Below, piece by piece: positions 44,112 through 55,610 of a DNA stretch of 64,000 nt. The translations under genes and the position numbers were made by a program. Source of the stretch: an uncultured Phycisphaerales bacterium (GTDB lineage: Bacteria > Planctomycetota > Phycisphaerae > Tepidisphaerales > Tepidisphaeraceae); assembly GCA_963758525.1 (NCBI GenBank), contig CAVWVQ010000003.1, forward strand, positions 288,001 to 352,000, in the 5' to 3' direction. Positions within the stretch are counted from its first letter, which is position 1, and every line of letters starts with the position of its first letter. Below the pieces are notes generated by a model, which was not told the DNA's origin, ran no database searches, and was given only the letters and a program-made list of their open reading frames with translations.

Positions 44112-45346
44112 ATGAACCAGGAACCATTTAAGGTCGAGATTTCGCCGCGCATTTCCCGGCTTCCGCCATATCTCTTTGGGCGGATCAACAAGATGAAATA
44201 CGACAAGCGGGTCGCCGGGATCGACATCATCGATCTGGGCATGGGGAACCCCACCGATCCGACGCCCAAGTGTGTCGTCGACAAACTCGCCGAGGCGGCG
44301 CAGGATCCGCGCAATCATCGCTACTCGGTCAGCAATGGCGTGGCTGGCTTGCGCAAGGAAGTGGCGATCAAATACCAGCACAAATACAACGTAGATCTCA
44401 ATCCCGAAACGGAAGTGATTGCCACGATCGGCAGCAAGGAAGGCTTCAGCCACCTCTGCCTGGCGCTGCTGGGGCCGGGCGACACGGCAATCGTTCCCGA
44501 CCCGGCGTTTCCCATTCACATCTACGCGGTCGCGATGGCCGGCGCCAACGTCATCCGCGTTCCACTGGGGAACGATCAGGCGTTTCTCGACCGAATTGAG
44601 AAAGTGATCGAGGGACTCTATCCGACGCCGAAGCTGCTGATTCTCAATTATCCGCACAATCCCACGTCGATGACGATCGACGCCGGGTTCTGGGAGCGCA
44701 CCATCAGCATGTGCCGGCGGCACGGGATCATGATCATCAGCGACTTCGCATACGGCGAAGTCTGCTTCGACGGCTACAAGGCTCCGAGCTTCCTCTCCGC
44801 GCCGGCGCCAAAGAAATCGGCGTCGAGTTCACCACGATGAGCAAGAGCTACAACATGGCCGGCTGGCGCGTCGGCTTTTGCTCGGGCAATGCCGAGATGG
44901 TCAAGGCGCTGGCCACCATCAAGGGCTATTACGACTACGGCATATTCGCACCGCTGCAAATCGCCAGCATCATCGCCATGCGCGAGTGCCCCACCACTCC
45001 CGAAGCGCAGGCCGCGATCTATCAGGAGCGACGGGATGAACTGTGTCGCGGACTGGACAGGCTTGGCTGGACGTATGAGAAGCCGCGGGCCAGCATGTTT
45101 GTCTGGGCGAAGATCAAGCCGGAGCACATGAAGGGACAGGGGACGATCGACTTTTGTCTGAGGATGATGGACGAGGCGGAAGTTTCGCTCTCGCCCGGCC
45201 GGGCGTTTGGTGAAGGCGGCGAGGGATATGTCCGCATCGCGCTGGTGGAGAATGAACATCGATTGCGGCAGGCGATGCGGAATCTGGATCGGGTGTTGAA
45301 TCCGCGGACGCCCAAGCCGAAGAGGCCCGAGCCCGAGAGGGTCTGA
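44112..45346 (+). CDS. Class I/II PLP aminotransferase (AlaC/LL-DAP aminotransferase-like); frameshift near 44800
   Basis: [41 protein letters not shown]. Confidence 0.9.
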
Positions 45347-45426
45347 TTCGTTTTGCAGAGGAGAAACATTCGAGCGAGTTGGCGTTGCTATGCAACCTCA
45401 ATAGAAAACGCTGATTCGCGTTGCAA

Positions 45427-45566
45427 GCCCGAGGGTGCAAACACCGTCAGCCCTCGGGGAGTTCTGAATTTGAACGCCGAGCGGTGCTTGCACCCTCGGT
45501 TCTTTCGATTTTTATTGCGCAGGAGTCGCGGGGGGAACCGAGGGTGCAAGCACCCTCGGCGTTCGG
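45427..45566. repeat. REP cluster CCGAGGGTGCAAGCACCCTCGG upstream of a RAYT-like gene; further copy at 46211-46242
   Basis: Three related palindromes before and one after the 45631 gene. Confidence 0.8.
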
Positions 45567-45630
45567 GGAAGCGCTGCTACTCGGCTTTTTTCATTGACTC
45601 GTTGTGAGACGGGAGGGAGCATCTACAGAC

Positions 45631-46212
45631 ATGCCTTGGAACGATTGGTACCACATCATGTGCCAGACGTATGGGACTTGGCTTCCGGGCGATCCGAAGG
45701 GGTTTCGGACGCAGCATCATCGGGAGCATATTGACGGTGATTACCGATCCCCGCCGCCGGCGGGGCGCGATGCGGAGCGATGGGCTCACGCGAAGCGGAT
45801 CATGCGCCGGGAGCCGGTCTATCTCACGCTCCCCCAGCGACAGCGGGCAGGGGATGAGATTGTGCGATCGTTCGCGAAGCGACATATCGAACTGAAGGTG
45901 ATCAGTATTGATTGCGTTCATCTGCACGCGCTGTCGCCGCATCCGGATCGGAATCCACGCCATCATATGGGCATCGCAAAGCGAGAATGCAGCCACTACA
46001 TGAAGCAAGACAACCTTGCTCCCGCCGGCGGGCTTTGGGGCGTGCGATGCGAGTGCGTACCGATCAAAGATGCGAAGCACTTTGACAATGTGGATCGATA
46101 CATCCTCGATCACGAGTCGAAAGGCGCCGCTGTCTGGTCCCCAACATATCAACCGCAACGATTGATTAATGAGATGGACGACTTCGATCCCGGTACGCTG
46201 CTGCTGGATTGA
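45631..46212 (+). CDS. REP-associated tyrosine transposase-like (Y1 HUH) protein
   Basis: YH....TYGTWLPGD.KG, HLH (HUH), ..RYI..H; flanked by REP palindromes. Confidence 0.75.
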   Translation: MPWNDWYHIMCQTYGTWLPGDPKGFRTQHHREHIDGDYRSPPPAGRDAERWAHAKRIMRREPVYLTLPQRQRAGDEIVRSFAKRHIELKVISIDCVHLHALSPHPDRNPRHHMGIAKRECSHYMKQDNLAPAGGLWGVRCECVPIKDAKHFDNVDRYILDHESKGAAVWSPTYQPQRLINEMDDFDPGTLLLD

Positions 46213-46266
46213 ATGCCGAGGGTGCAAGCACCCTCGGCGTTCGGGCGCGCGATCCGTTCAATTCCT

Positions 46267-49193
46267 TCACTCGTTTTTACACGTGTGTTTCTCCAGGCGC
46301 CAGCGGAGGATCGGGCGCACGACGATCACGGCGGCGAGGTAGATGCAGAGCGTGCCGACGGCCATCACCCAACCCAGGCTGCGCAGGCCCAGGTGATGGG
46401 CGAAGAGCCAGAAGAAGCCGAAGCTGCTGCTGGTGACGTAGGCGCAGAGAAACAGGGCGCGATCGCTGGCGTCCCACCATCGCCAGGCGCGGCGCGAGTC
46501 GTGGCAGGCTTCGCGATAGCGGTGCACCATGAAGACGCCGTATTCGTGCCCGGCGCCGATGAGGATCGGGAGTCCGAAGAAATTGGCGAAGTTCCAGGGG
46601 ACGCGGAAGAGGCCCATCAGGCCGATCAGCATGGGCAAGCCCAGCGCCAGAACGCTGACCGCGAGCAACGTCTGATCCAGCCGGCGGAGGTCGATCATTA
46701 CGAGCAGCAGAATGATGGCAAGCGCGTACGCAGTGGCCGCGTAGAACGAGTGTTCAATCGCGGCGGTGGAATGGTAAATGTCGGACGCGATGCCAGTCAC
46801 GATCGGTCTGGCGGGAAGAGTGGCAATGCGCGATTCGACTTCGGTCATGAATTTAGCGAGGTCCGCCTGCTTCCAGAGATCGCCGGAGGGATTGATGTAA
46901 AGGGCGTAGGTGCCATCATCGCTCACGTAATGGCCGCGAAGCTGCGCGGGAACCTTTGCCAGATCGAGCGGGGACGGCTGCAACTGCGACAGAAGTGAGC
47001 GCAGTTCAGCGACGAAGAGCGTCTGCCAGGCCGACAGGCGAGCCGCAGTGGCGCGCGGGTCGGGGGCGGTGCGTAATCGCTGGGCAAAATCGCGCAACGA
47101 CTTCGCGGCAAGGCGTCGATCGGCCGCCGCGCTCGCGGGGATATGTGTCACTTCCGGCGAATCTTCTTTTCCCCTCCCCTGGTACTCCGGGGGAGGATTA
47201 GGGTGGGGGTCCGTAGCTTGAGAAAGCTCGTCGGATATCTGCCCGCCTTTGGAAGCAACCGATCGCTCACCGCCCCCACCCCCCCTGCCCTCCCGCGGAG
47301 TACCAGGGGAGGGGGAAAACGCGGTCGGCAACGTGTCAACCGAAGTCTCGTCGTGTGCACCTGCGTCCGGTTCGAGCGCGGCCGCCAATGCCGCCGCGCG
47401 GTCGGCGATCTGCGGCAAATCTTTGGCGTCAACCGGATCCGGTTCTGCCCACTGGACGTTGAGATCACGACCGGCTGCGTGCAGCATCGCGTAATTGTCT
47501 TCCGCGTTGAGCACACTGTCCGTGCTCGCGACCGTGGTCGCGCCAGCCAGCGCGGCGCGGGCCTCACGAAGCACATTCAAATCCTTGGAAAGCACCACCG
47601 CAGACCAGGTTTGAATCTTTCTCACGAGCTTCACCGACGGCAGATCGGGCGCCTGCAGGTCGATCAGATTGGGATTGAATTCGGTGCGGAAACCCAGGGG
47701 AATCGCGATGCACAGCAGCAAGATCCAACTGAGCGGCAGCAGCAATCGCCAGCGGGAAAGCCTTGACGGCTCACGAGCCGGATCGACGCGGGCCGCGGCG
47801 TCAACCGAAACTCGTGCGGGGAAAACCGTGAGCAGCGCCGGCAGCACGGTGTAGCCGGAGAGAAGACACAGGAGCAGTCCCCCGCCGGCGATGATTCCCA
47901 GCTCGGCCGCGCCGCGGAAATCGGTGAAGACCGAGACGAAGAAAGCGGACGCCGCGCCGAGGCAGGCGGTGGTGATGGGCGGTCCGACATAGCGGAAGAC
48001 GGCGATCCAGACGACCGACGGCCGCGCGTGTCTTGCGGCTTCCTGGCGGTAGCGGGTGAGAATCTGCACCAGGTAATCCATGCCGATGCCGATCAGCGCG
48101 ATGATGAAGACCGTGGAGAGCAGATTGAGCCGGCCGACGGAGAGCGTCGCGTACCCGAACGTCCATCCGATGCCGACGGCCAGCGCCAGCTCGGCGGCAA
48201 ACGCGAGCCAGATGGAGCGGAGCATGACGAGCAGGCCGATGAAGACGGCGATGAGCGCGATGATTTCCGAGCGGCGCGAATCGCGGTCGGTGACCTGATC
48301 TTCGTCCGCGTCGAGCACGGGCGCCCGGTCAGACCGACCGAAAATTCCGGATAGGCGCTGGCGGCTTGTTGGACACCATCGCGGATGCGGGAAACGACGT
48401 CCGCTCCAGCGGTGACGGCACTGAAATTTTCCCGCTCGAAGACTTTGATGAGCAGAAGATTCCGGCTCGGATGACTCTGGTCTGGTTCGTAGTAGTAGCC
48501 GAGCGTTCGGGGATCGCTGGGCCCCAGTGCGCGAAGGTCTGGAATCTGGCGCCCCAACGCAAGCGGTTCGTCCGGCGCAGCGAGCGCCTTGTTCCATCCA
48601 TCGGCCACCGCACTGGTGAACTGTGCCTGCTCGTCGGTGCTCTTCGCCAGACGAGCCCCGGCCAGAAAGCGTGCCGTTGGATTTGGGCCAAGCAGACGCA
48701 GTACGGGATTGCTTTCCCCCCACAGTCGCGCCAGTTGCGCCAGGCCGCGGGCCTGGTCAATTTCGTGACGGAGACTGGCCGGATCATCGAAGACAATTCC
48801 CTGCCTGCCGAGCAAGTCGAGCGGAATGCGCTCATCGACGCTTTTGACGGCCTGTGGCATGGCGCGGAGTCTGGCGGCGATGGCGTCGGCCAGGCCCGTC
48901 CATCGCGACGTCGGAGGAACGACCGTTGGATCATTCGACTCGATGACGACGTAGGTCGCTTCGTTTTCGGGAAACAGCTTGTTGAACTCGATCCAGTTGC
49001 GGAAGAAATCCACCTGGTGGGAGAACAGTTCGTTTGACTCTGCCGAGATGTGCAGGCGGAAGAACGCCAGAACAGAACAGGCGGCCACAACGATTGCCGC
49101 GACCGCGAGAGTCGCTTTGGGGCGGGCGACGCCTGCGAGAACGCCGCGCAGAAGCGTTCTGCGGAAGCCGCGCCCCGCGGATTGCGCTGTCAC
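46267..49193 (-). CDS. hpnN: MMPL/RND hopanoid transporter; frameshift near 48322
   Basis: LTG.PVL, GRLNLLS, GIGMDY, F.GAAELG.IAG.G, NFAN...LP...G.G; GTGA-coupled to hpnO, divergent from shc. Confidence 0.8.
47167..47319. repeat. Inverted REP pair inserted in frame inside hpnN
   Basis: TTTTCCCCTCCCCTGGTACTCCGGGGGAGG...CCCTCCCGCGGAGTACCAGGGGAGGGGGAAAA; translated FSPSPGTPREGRGGG...PHPNPPPEYQGRGK. Confidence 0.85.
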
Positions 49194-50575
49194 GCCAAAA
49201 CCGTCCGCTTCGCCAGGCCCATGACCGTGTTCCACGCGGTGCCGGGAACGCGCTGCGATTCGGCAAGCACGTCTTCCATCGCCGCCAGGAAGTAATCGAT
49301 GTCCTCCTTGCCGATATTGATCGGCGGGAGAAACTTGATGACTTCCGTATGGTATCCCGCGACTTGGGTGAGGATGCGGTGCTTCTCCAGCAGCGGGATG
49401 ATGATCATTTGCCCGAAGACGCCGAAGTTCAGTTTGTGCAGCATGTCCCAGGCAATTTTGAGCCGCATGGATGCGCTGGGACGAGCGAAGTCGATGCCGA
49501 ACATCAATCCTTTGCCGCGAACACCGGAGACGAACGGACAATCGGCCGACACTTCGCGCAGCCGCCGCATGACATATTCGCCCATCGTCGCGGCATGCTC
49601 GACGAGCTTTTCTTCTTCCATGACCTGCAGCGTCGCAAACGCGGCGGCCATCGCCAGATCGTTTTGGCCGAAGGTATTGGAGTGAACGACGCATCGTTCC
49701 ATGGTGTTAAACACACCGTCCATGATGCGCGGGCGCGTGACGACGGCGCCGACCGGAACAAATCCGCCCGACAGCGCCTTGGAGACGCAGAGAATATCCG
49801 GCTCGACGTCCGCCCAGTGCTGATAGCAGAACCACTTTCCGCTGCGCCCCAGCCCCGACTGCACTTCGTCGAGCACCAGCAGCGTTCCATTCTGCCTGCA
49901 AAGCCGCTGCGCCGCGGCAAGATATCCGTCATTGACCACTTCGCAGGTCTTGCCCTGAATGGGCTCCAGGACAAACGCCGCCGCCTGCTTTGATGACAGC
50001 GCCTCTTCCAGCGCCGCCAGATCGTTGAACGGGATGCGAACCATTCCGGGAAGCAGCTCGCCGAAGCGTTCGCGGAAGAAGTCAGCTCCATTGAGCGCCA
50101 GCGCGCCGGTGGTCAGGCCGTGAAACGCGTTATCGCAATAGATGATGTCGCGCCGGCCGGTCACGGCGCGGGAAAACTTGATCGCGGTCTCCACCGTCTC
50201 CGTTCCGCTGTTGGTGAAAAAGACGCGCGACAGTCCATCAGAAGTGTGCTGCGTTAGTTTTTCGGCAACGAGGCCGGCGAGCAAACTCGTATCCATGCGG
50301 ACGAGATTGGGCAGGTCTGCATTTAAGACCTGCTGAAGGACGCCGCGGATTTTGGGATGATTGCGGCCGAGCGCGAAGACTCCCCAGCCGGTCAGCAAGT
50401 CGAGGTAGCGATTTCCCTCTTCGTCCCAGAGATATGATCCTTGTCCGCGGACATACCCTTTGTCAAAGCCAATGGCGCGAAGCATCTTGACAAATATCGG
50501 ATTGATATGATCGATATGAAGGTCGTACGTCTTCTCGCGCTGCGTGTGGAGCCATCCGACGAAATCATCTTGCAT
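49190..50575 (-). CDS. hpnO: Class III aminotransferase, aminobacteriohopanetriol synthase-like
   Basis: YLDLL.G.GV..LGRNHP, NSGTE, AFHG.T, EPIQG, DEVQSG.GR.G, SKALSGG; located in the hopanoid cluster. Confidence 0.8.
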   Translation of the reverse strand: MQDDFVGWLHTQREKTYDLHIDHINPIFVKMLRAIGFDKGYVRGQGSYLWDEEGNRYLDLLTGWGVFALGRNHPKIRGVLQQVLNADLPNLVRMDTSLLAGLVAEKLTQHTSDGLSRVFFTNSGTETVETAIKFSRAVTGRRDIIYCDNAFHGLTTGALALNGADFFRERFGELLPGMVRIPFNDLAALEEALSSKQAAAFVLEPIQGKTCEVVNDGYLAAAQRLCRQNGTLLVLDEVQSGLGRSGKWFCYQHWADVEPDILCVSKALSGGFVPVGAVVTRPRIMDGVFNTMERCVVHSNTFGQNDLAMAAAFATLQVMEEEKLVEHAATMGEYVMRRLREVSADCPFVSGVRGKGLMFGIDFARPSASMRLKIAWDMLHKLNFGVFGQMIIIPLLEKHRILTQVAGYHTEVIKFLPPINIGKEDIDYFLAAMEDVLAESQRVPGTAWNTVMGLAKRTVLA

Positions 50576-50845
50576 CTTGGTGCCTTTGTCGCCCGCAACC
50601 CCGTGCCGCGCGATTATATCGACAGAACGGCTGGCGTGAACCCAAGTCTGTTCATGGGGTTTTAACAAAACGTTCGATAATGTCCTCGCGGATGATGCTT
50701 GCCGTCGCCGGCCAGTCGTGGTAACTCTTCTGGACCCCTGAGGACGCCCGTCCGCAGTTGACGACTTTTCGTCTGACGATAACCGCAATGCCAGGCTTGG
50801 TTTACGCGGGGCAGCCGGCGGCTGTCTCGAAGAAGAAAGGGCCCT

Positions 50846-52793
50846 GTGACAGTCTCGTCCGCGATTCCCATGACTCATTCACTGCGAGGCACGGTGCACG
50901 TCTCACTGCCTGCACGAACATCGGTGGATTTTGCGCTTCGACAGGCGCAAAACTGCCTGTTGAGCAAGCAACACGCCAAAGGATACTGGGTTGGCGAACT
51001 TCAGGGCGACAGCATTCTCGAATCAGAATACCTGCTGCTGCGGTTCATTCTGGGCTCGGAAGTTGATCCCGAATTGCCGCTGATCGCAAACTTTCTTCGC
51101 GGCCTGCAACAGGCGGATGGAGGGTGGTCGCTATTTCCCGGCGGACCCCCGGACCTGTCTGGAACGGTGAAAGCCTATTTTGCACTGAAGCTGATGGGAG
51201 ACGATCCCGCAGCCGACCATATGCGCCGTGCGCGGGAGTTGATCCTGCGGCTGGGCGGCGCGGAGAAATGCAACAGCTTCACGAAATTTTACTTCGCGGC
51301 TCTGGGGCAGATCAGTTACGACGCATGCCCGAGCATTCCCCCGGAGATCGTTCTGCTGCCCAAGTGGGCATACTTCAATCTATATCACGTCTCCGCCTGG
51401 ACGCGCACGATGATCCTGCCGTTGGCGCTGGTGACGACACTGCGGCCGGTGAGACAGCTTCGCGCGGATCAGGGGATCGACGAATTGTATATCGACAAGG
51501 CCGCGGCCAATCGCGTGGGCGTCCCGTCGAGGGGAGTGCCGACAAACTGGAGCGACCTGTTTCTGCGCGTCGATCAACTGTTGAAGCTTTACGAGCGCGG
51601 CCCCGTGGAATTGCTCCGCAAACACGCGATGGCCGAGGCCGAGCGGTGGCTGCTGGAGCATCTGGAGCATTCCGAGGGGCTGGGCGCGATCTTCCCGCCA
51701 ATGGTCTATATCCTGATCGTGTTCAAAGCGATGGGATATTCTGACGATCATCCGCGCGTGGTGCAGGCGCACGCCCATCTGCGCGATTTCTTCATCCGCG
51801 AAGCAAACACGATCCGGATTCAGCCGTGCTTGTCTCCGGTGTGGGACACGGGGATCGCGCTGCACGGACTGGCCGAGGCTGACCTGCAGATTGATTCCGA
51901 CGCGGCGCTGCGGGCGACGCAATGGCTGCTGGAAAAGGAATGCCGGGTCGCGTCCGACTGGCAGAAGAACTGCCCGGGCGTTGAGCCGTCGGGATGGTTC
52001 TTCGAATTTGAGAATCCGCATTATCCGGATGTCGACGACACCGCCATGGTGGCGATGGCCCTCGCCCGCGCCGGTGGCGCGGCAGCGGCGCCCGCGGTGG
52101 AACGCGGCGTGAAATGGCTGCTGGCGATGCAGAATAATGACGGCGGCTGGGCGGCGTTCGATCGAACGCAGGATCGCCCGATTCTCGAGAAGATCCCCTT
52201 CGCCGATCACAATGCGATGCAGGACCCGAGTTGCCCCGACATCACCGGCCGCGTGCTTGAATGCCTTGGACACTGCGGCATCCCGTTCGATCAGCCGGCG
52301 GTGGCAAGAGCGATTGCATTCATTCGCTCGCGCCAGGATGCCGACGGTTCGTGGTGGGGACGCTGGGGCGTCAACTATGTGTATGGCACGTGGCAGGTGC
52401 TCCTTGGATTGCGCGATCGGCCAGGACATGAACGCCGATTTTGTCCGTCGCGCAGCGAGCTGGCTTCGCGGCGCGCAGAAGCCCGACGGGAGCTGGGGCG
52501 AAACCTGCGAGAGCTATGACGACGTTTCCCTCAAAGGCAAAGGAGAAAGCACCCCGTCGCAAACCGCGTGGGGCGCGATGGGCCTGATGGCGGCAGTTGG
52601 CGCGGATGACCCGGCGGTCGAGAAGGCAATCCACTGGCTGGTGGCGCATCAGACAGCCGACGGATCATGGGACGAAGATTATTATACCGGCACCGGCTTC
52701 CCCAAGGTGTTCTACCTGAAGTATCACCTGTACCGGCTCTACTTCCCGCTGACGGCGTTGGCGCGCTACCGGCGGCTGAGCAACGCCAGTTAA
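50846..52793 (+). CDS. shc: Squalene-hopene cyclase; frameshift near 52411
   Basis: QW motifs, SPVWDT, YPDVDDTA (DxDD), W.GRWGVNY.YGT, TGTGFPKVFYLKYH.Y. Confidence 0.96.
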
Positions 52794-52878
52794 GGGTTCG
52801 ACCGGCGGCGGAGAACCGGCGTATGAGTGCTCGCGCAGAAAGGCTCGATCAATTTCGAGGCTTTAAGTAACGCAATTT

Positions 52879-52934
52879 CGTAGCACAGCCGTCTCGGCTG
52901 TGGCCCAGAGTCACAGCCGGGACGGCTGTGCTAC
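52879..52934. repeat. GTAG-type REP doublet
   Basis: GTAGCACAGCCGTCTCGGCTGTG...CACAGCCGGGACGGCTGTGCTAC. Confidence 0.8.
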
Positions 52935-53008
52935 AAGGGATCGCGGTTCACCGGCTTGGAAACTTCTGCACAAGTTATTCGTGCCTGGCTCCTCACGCGG
53001 TCGGTCGT

Positions 53009-54253
53009 ATGCCGGTTTCACCTTCAACACCTGTCGACCTCGCAACGGCGTCGGTCGCCGACAACGTGTCGGCGCGATCCGGGGGCGATCGAATCCGCAC
53101 GCCGGGCGGAGCTCTCCGCGTTGCATCGCTGGCGGAGCTGAAAAATGACCCGGCGTGGCTGCGCGCGTTTTCCCGCGTCCGCAAAAACCATCGCTTCTAC
53201 ACGATCGTCGAAGAGACGATTCGCCAGGAATTTGAATACGCATATTTCGTGATCGAGAATGACCGCGGAGAGATCGAAGCGATTCAGCCGTTTTTTCTGT
53301 TGAACCAGGATTTGGTCGAGGGAGCGGGGCCGCGCATTCAGAAGACGCTGGCGGCGATCCGCAGGATCTGGCCGGGGTTTCTCAAGGCGCGCACGCTGAT
53401 GGTCGGCTGCACCGCGGGCGAGGGACATCTGGATCAGGTGGACGACGAGCAGGGCGCGCGCGTCGCGCGGACGTTGCGGGACGGACTGCTGATTTATGCC
53501 AAAGGGGCGCGGGCGGCGATGGTGGTGTTGAAGGAGTTTCCCGCGAAATATCGCAGGCAGCTCGCCGCGTTTTCCGCCGCGGGGTACACCCGCGTTCCCA
53601 GCATGCCGATGACGCGGCTCAACATCGGCTACAAGAACTTTGAAGACTATCTGAATACGGCTCTGAGCAAGAACACGCGGAAGAACCTCCGTCGCAAATT
53701 TCGCGATGCCGAGGAAGCCGAGCCCATCGAGCTGACCATTCTCGACGACGTCTCGCCGATCGTTGACGAGCTGCTGCCGTTGTATCAGCAGGTGTACGAC
53801 CGGTCGAAGCTGCACTTCGAGAAATTGACGAAGGAGTTTCTCATCCGCCTCGGGGGTGAGATGCCGGAGAAGGCGAAGTTTTTTGTGTGGCGGCAAGGCG
53901 GCCGGGCGATCGCGTTCAGCGTGCTGCTGCTGCACGATGACTGTATTTACGACGAATACATTGGAATGGACTACGCGGTCGCGCTGGACCTGCATCTGTA
54001 CTTCTACACCTTCCGCGACATCGTGAGCTGGGGCATCAGCAACGGATACCGCTGGTACATCAGCACGGCTCTGAACTACGACCCGAAGCTGCATCTCAAG
54101 AGTGAACTGCTGCCGTTGGATCTGTATGTTCGGCACACGATGAGCATTGCCAATCTGGTGCTGAAACGCGTGCTGCCGCTGCTGGAGCCGACGCGGAGCG
54201 AGAAAACGCTGCGGGAATTCCCCAATTACGCAGAACTGTGGGGCGACGCATGA
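53009..54253 (+). CDS. Double-GNAT/FemAB-like acyltransferase
   Basis: FEDYL..LSK.TRKNLRRK, F....G..IAF, Y.G.DY......LYF, Y.PK; directly after shc. Confidence 0.78.
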   Translation: MPVSPSTPVDLATASVADNVSARSGGDRIRTPGGALRVASLAELKNDPAWLRAFSRVRKNHRFYTIVEETIRQEFEYAYFVIENDRGEIEAIQPFFLLNQDLVEGAGPRIQKTLAAIRRIWPGFLKARTLMVGCTAGEGHLDQVDDEQGARVARTLRDGLLIYAKGARAAMVVLKEFPAKYRRQLAAFSAAGYTRVPSMPMTRLNIGYKNFEDYLNTALSKNTRKNLRRKFRDAEEAEPIELTILDDVSPIVDELLPLYQQVYDRSKLHFEKLTKEFLIRLGGEMPEKAKFFVWRQGGRAIAFSVLLLHDDCIYDEYIGMDYAVALDLHLYFYTFRDIVSWGISNGYRWYISTALNYDPKLHLKSELLPLDLYVRHTMSIANLVLKRVLPLLEPTRSEKTLREFPNYAELWGDA

Positions 54254-54254
54254 A

Positions 54255-54908
54255 GTGGCGCACGACTCCGTCGCCAGATCGCTTTTCCCCTCCCCTGGTA
54301 CTCCGGGGGAGGGTCAGGGTGGGGGCAGGCAGAACGGGAACGCTCTGTGGGAGGCGATCCTGCGCTTAGGGACAAACGAACCCCCACCCCAGCCCTCCCC
54401 CGGAGTACCGGGGGAGGGGGAATGCGCGGCGCCGGCGGAGTCGTCGATACTGTCGTCGACGCGCACGACGACCATCGCCGCGCCGCCACTGGCGTCGCGT
54501 TCGCCTGCGTTGATCCGGTGGTTCCTCAACCCTTACGTGCAGATCGGGCTGGGCGCGCTGACCGTGACGACGTCCGAACTTCTGATGAAAGCCGGCGCCA
54601 ACGCGACTGCGGCGCGCCCCACCATCGCCGGCGGGTGGCTGGGCATCGTGGCGCTTACGTCGCTCTGGACGTGGGCGGGAATTCTCTGCTACATCATCAG
54701 TTTTCTCAGTTGGATATACGTCCTGCGTTCCGTGCCGCTGGGGATCGCCTATGCATTGATCAACGTCGCGCACGTGCTGATTCCGATCGGCTCGTGGGCA
54801 TTTCTGCATGAGGCGATCGGGCCTGGGCGCTGGTGCGGCATCGGCCTGGTCGTTCTGGGCCTTTGCCTTCTGGTTGGACCCGTGGCGAAAGTGGAGGCAA
54901 AGCTGTGA
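54255..54908 (+). CDS. EamA/SMR-type small transporter subunit (start uncertain; REP pair at 54284-54422 in the 5' region)
   Basis: SELLMK.G, W.YVL..VPL..AY, L.E.I...RW.G..L...G. Confidence 0.75.
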   Translation: MAHDSVARSLFPSPGTPGEGQGGGRQNGNALWEAILRLGTNEPPPQPSPGVPGEGECAAPAESSILSSTRTTTIAAPPLASRSPALIRWFLNPYVQIGLGALTVTTSELLMKAGANATAARPTIAGGWLGIVALTSLWTWAGILCYIISFLSWIYVLRSVPLGIAYALINVAHVLIPIGSWAFLHEAIGPGRWCGIGLVVLGLCLLVGPVAKVEAKL

Positions 54909-55252
54909 CGCTCTTCGCCGTCGCCATCTGCACGCTCTGTCAGCTCCTGATTGTCTGCGGACAAATCCTGCTGAAGCACGCCATGACCGATCCGACGGCA
55001 GAGCGGACATCGGCCATGTCGTCGCGCATCCGCAATTTCACCCTCGCCATCGCGTGCATGACACTTTGGTTCTTCCTCTGGCTCGGGCTGATGCGACGGT
55101 GGGACCTCAGCAAGCTCTTTCCATTTGAAGGGCTGAATCCCGCGATGATCGCGATCGCCGCCTGGCTCGTGTTGAAGGAGCATCTGCCAGCCAAGGCGTG
55201 GGTGGGATTGGCGCTGGTGTGCGGTGGGATTGCGCTGGTCGCGCGGAGTTAA
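54905..55252 (+). CDS. EamA/SMR-type small transporter subunit (ArnE/ArnF-like partner)
   Basis: GTGA overlap; GQILLK.AM, DLS..FPF, LKE......W.G..L...G. Confidence 0.8.
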   Translation: MTLFAVAICTLCQLLIVCGQILLKHAMTDPTAERTSAMSSRIRNFTLAIACMTLWFFLWLGLMRRWDLSKLFPFEGLNPAMIAIAAWLVLKEHLPAKAWVGLALVCGGIALVARS

Positions 55253-55262
55253 GCGCGGTGAC

Positions 55263-55547
55263 TCAGGCGTGCGTGACCGACCAGAAATTTCGGATCGCTT
55301 CGATCGCCCGCCCGTCGGCGCGATGTGACTCGGCGGTCATCCGCGCCGCGACGGCATTGTACTCGTGAAGCAATTCTTCGGTCTGAAAGCGATCGAGTTC
55401 CAGTGCCCGCGAAAGCGCCGAATGCGAGAGTCGTCCCTCGCGATACAGCGTCACGAGAAAAGCCTCCTTGGCCTTGGCGTTCACATCTTTGAGCCGGTCG
55501 CGCAGACCCTGCTCGATTGCCGTTGGAAGTTGAAAACTGATAGCCAT
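55263..55547 (-). CDS. UPF0175 family protein
   Basis: LY.EG.LS......L.L.R.....LL pattern. Confidence 0.7.
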   Translation of the reverse strand: MAISFQLPTAIEQGLRDRLKDVNAKAKEAFLVTLYREGRLSHSALSRALELDRFQTEELLHEYNAVAARMTAESHRADGRAIEAIRNFWSVTHA

Positions 55548-55610
55548 TGCGACGTGATGCCTTCCTCTTTGATCATACCAAAGCTATCAGGGGACAACCA
55601 CTAAATATTC

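Noticed and set aside
55263..55547. UPF0175 gene as part of a toxin-antitoxin pair
   Set aside because: No adjacent PIN/DUF3368-type partner is visible; it appears to be an orphan
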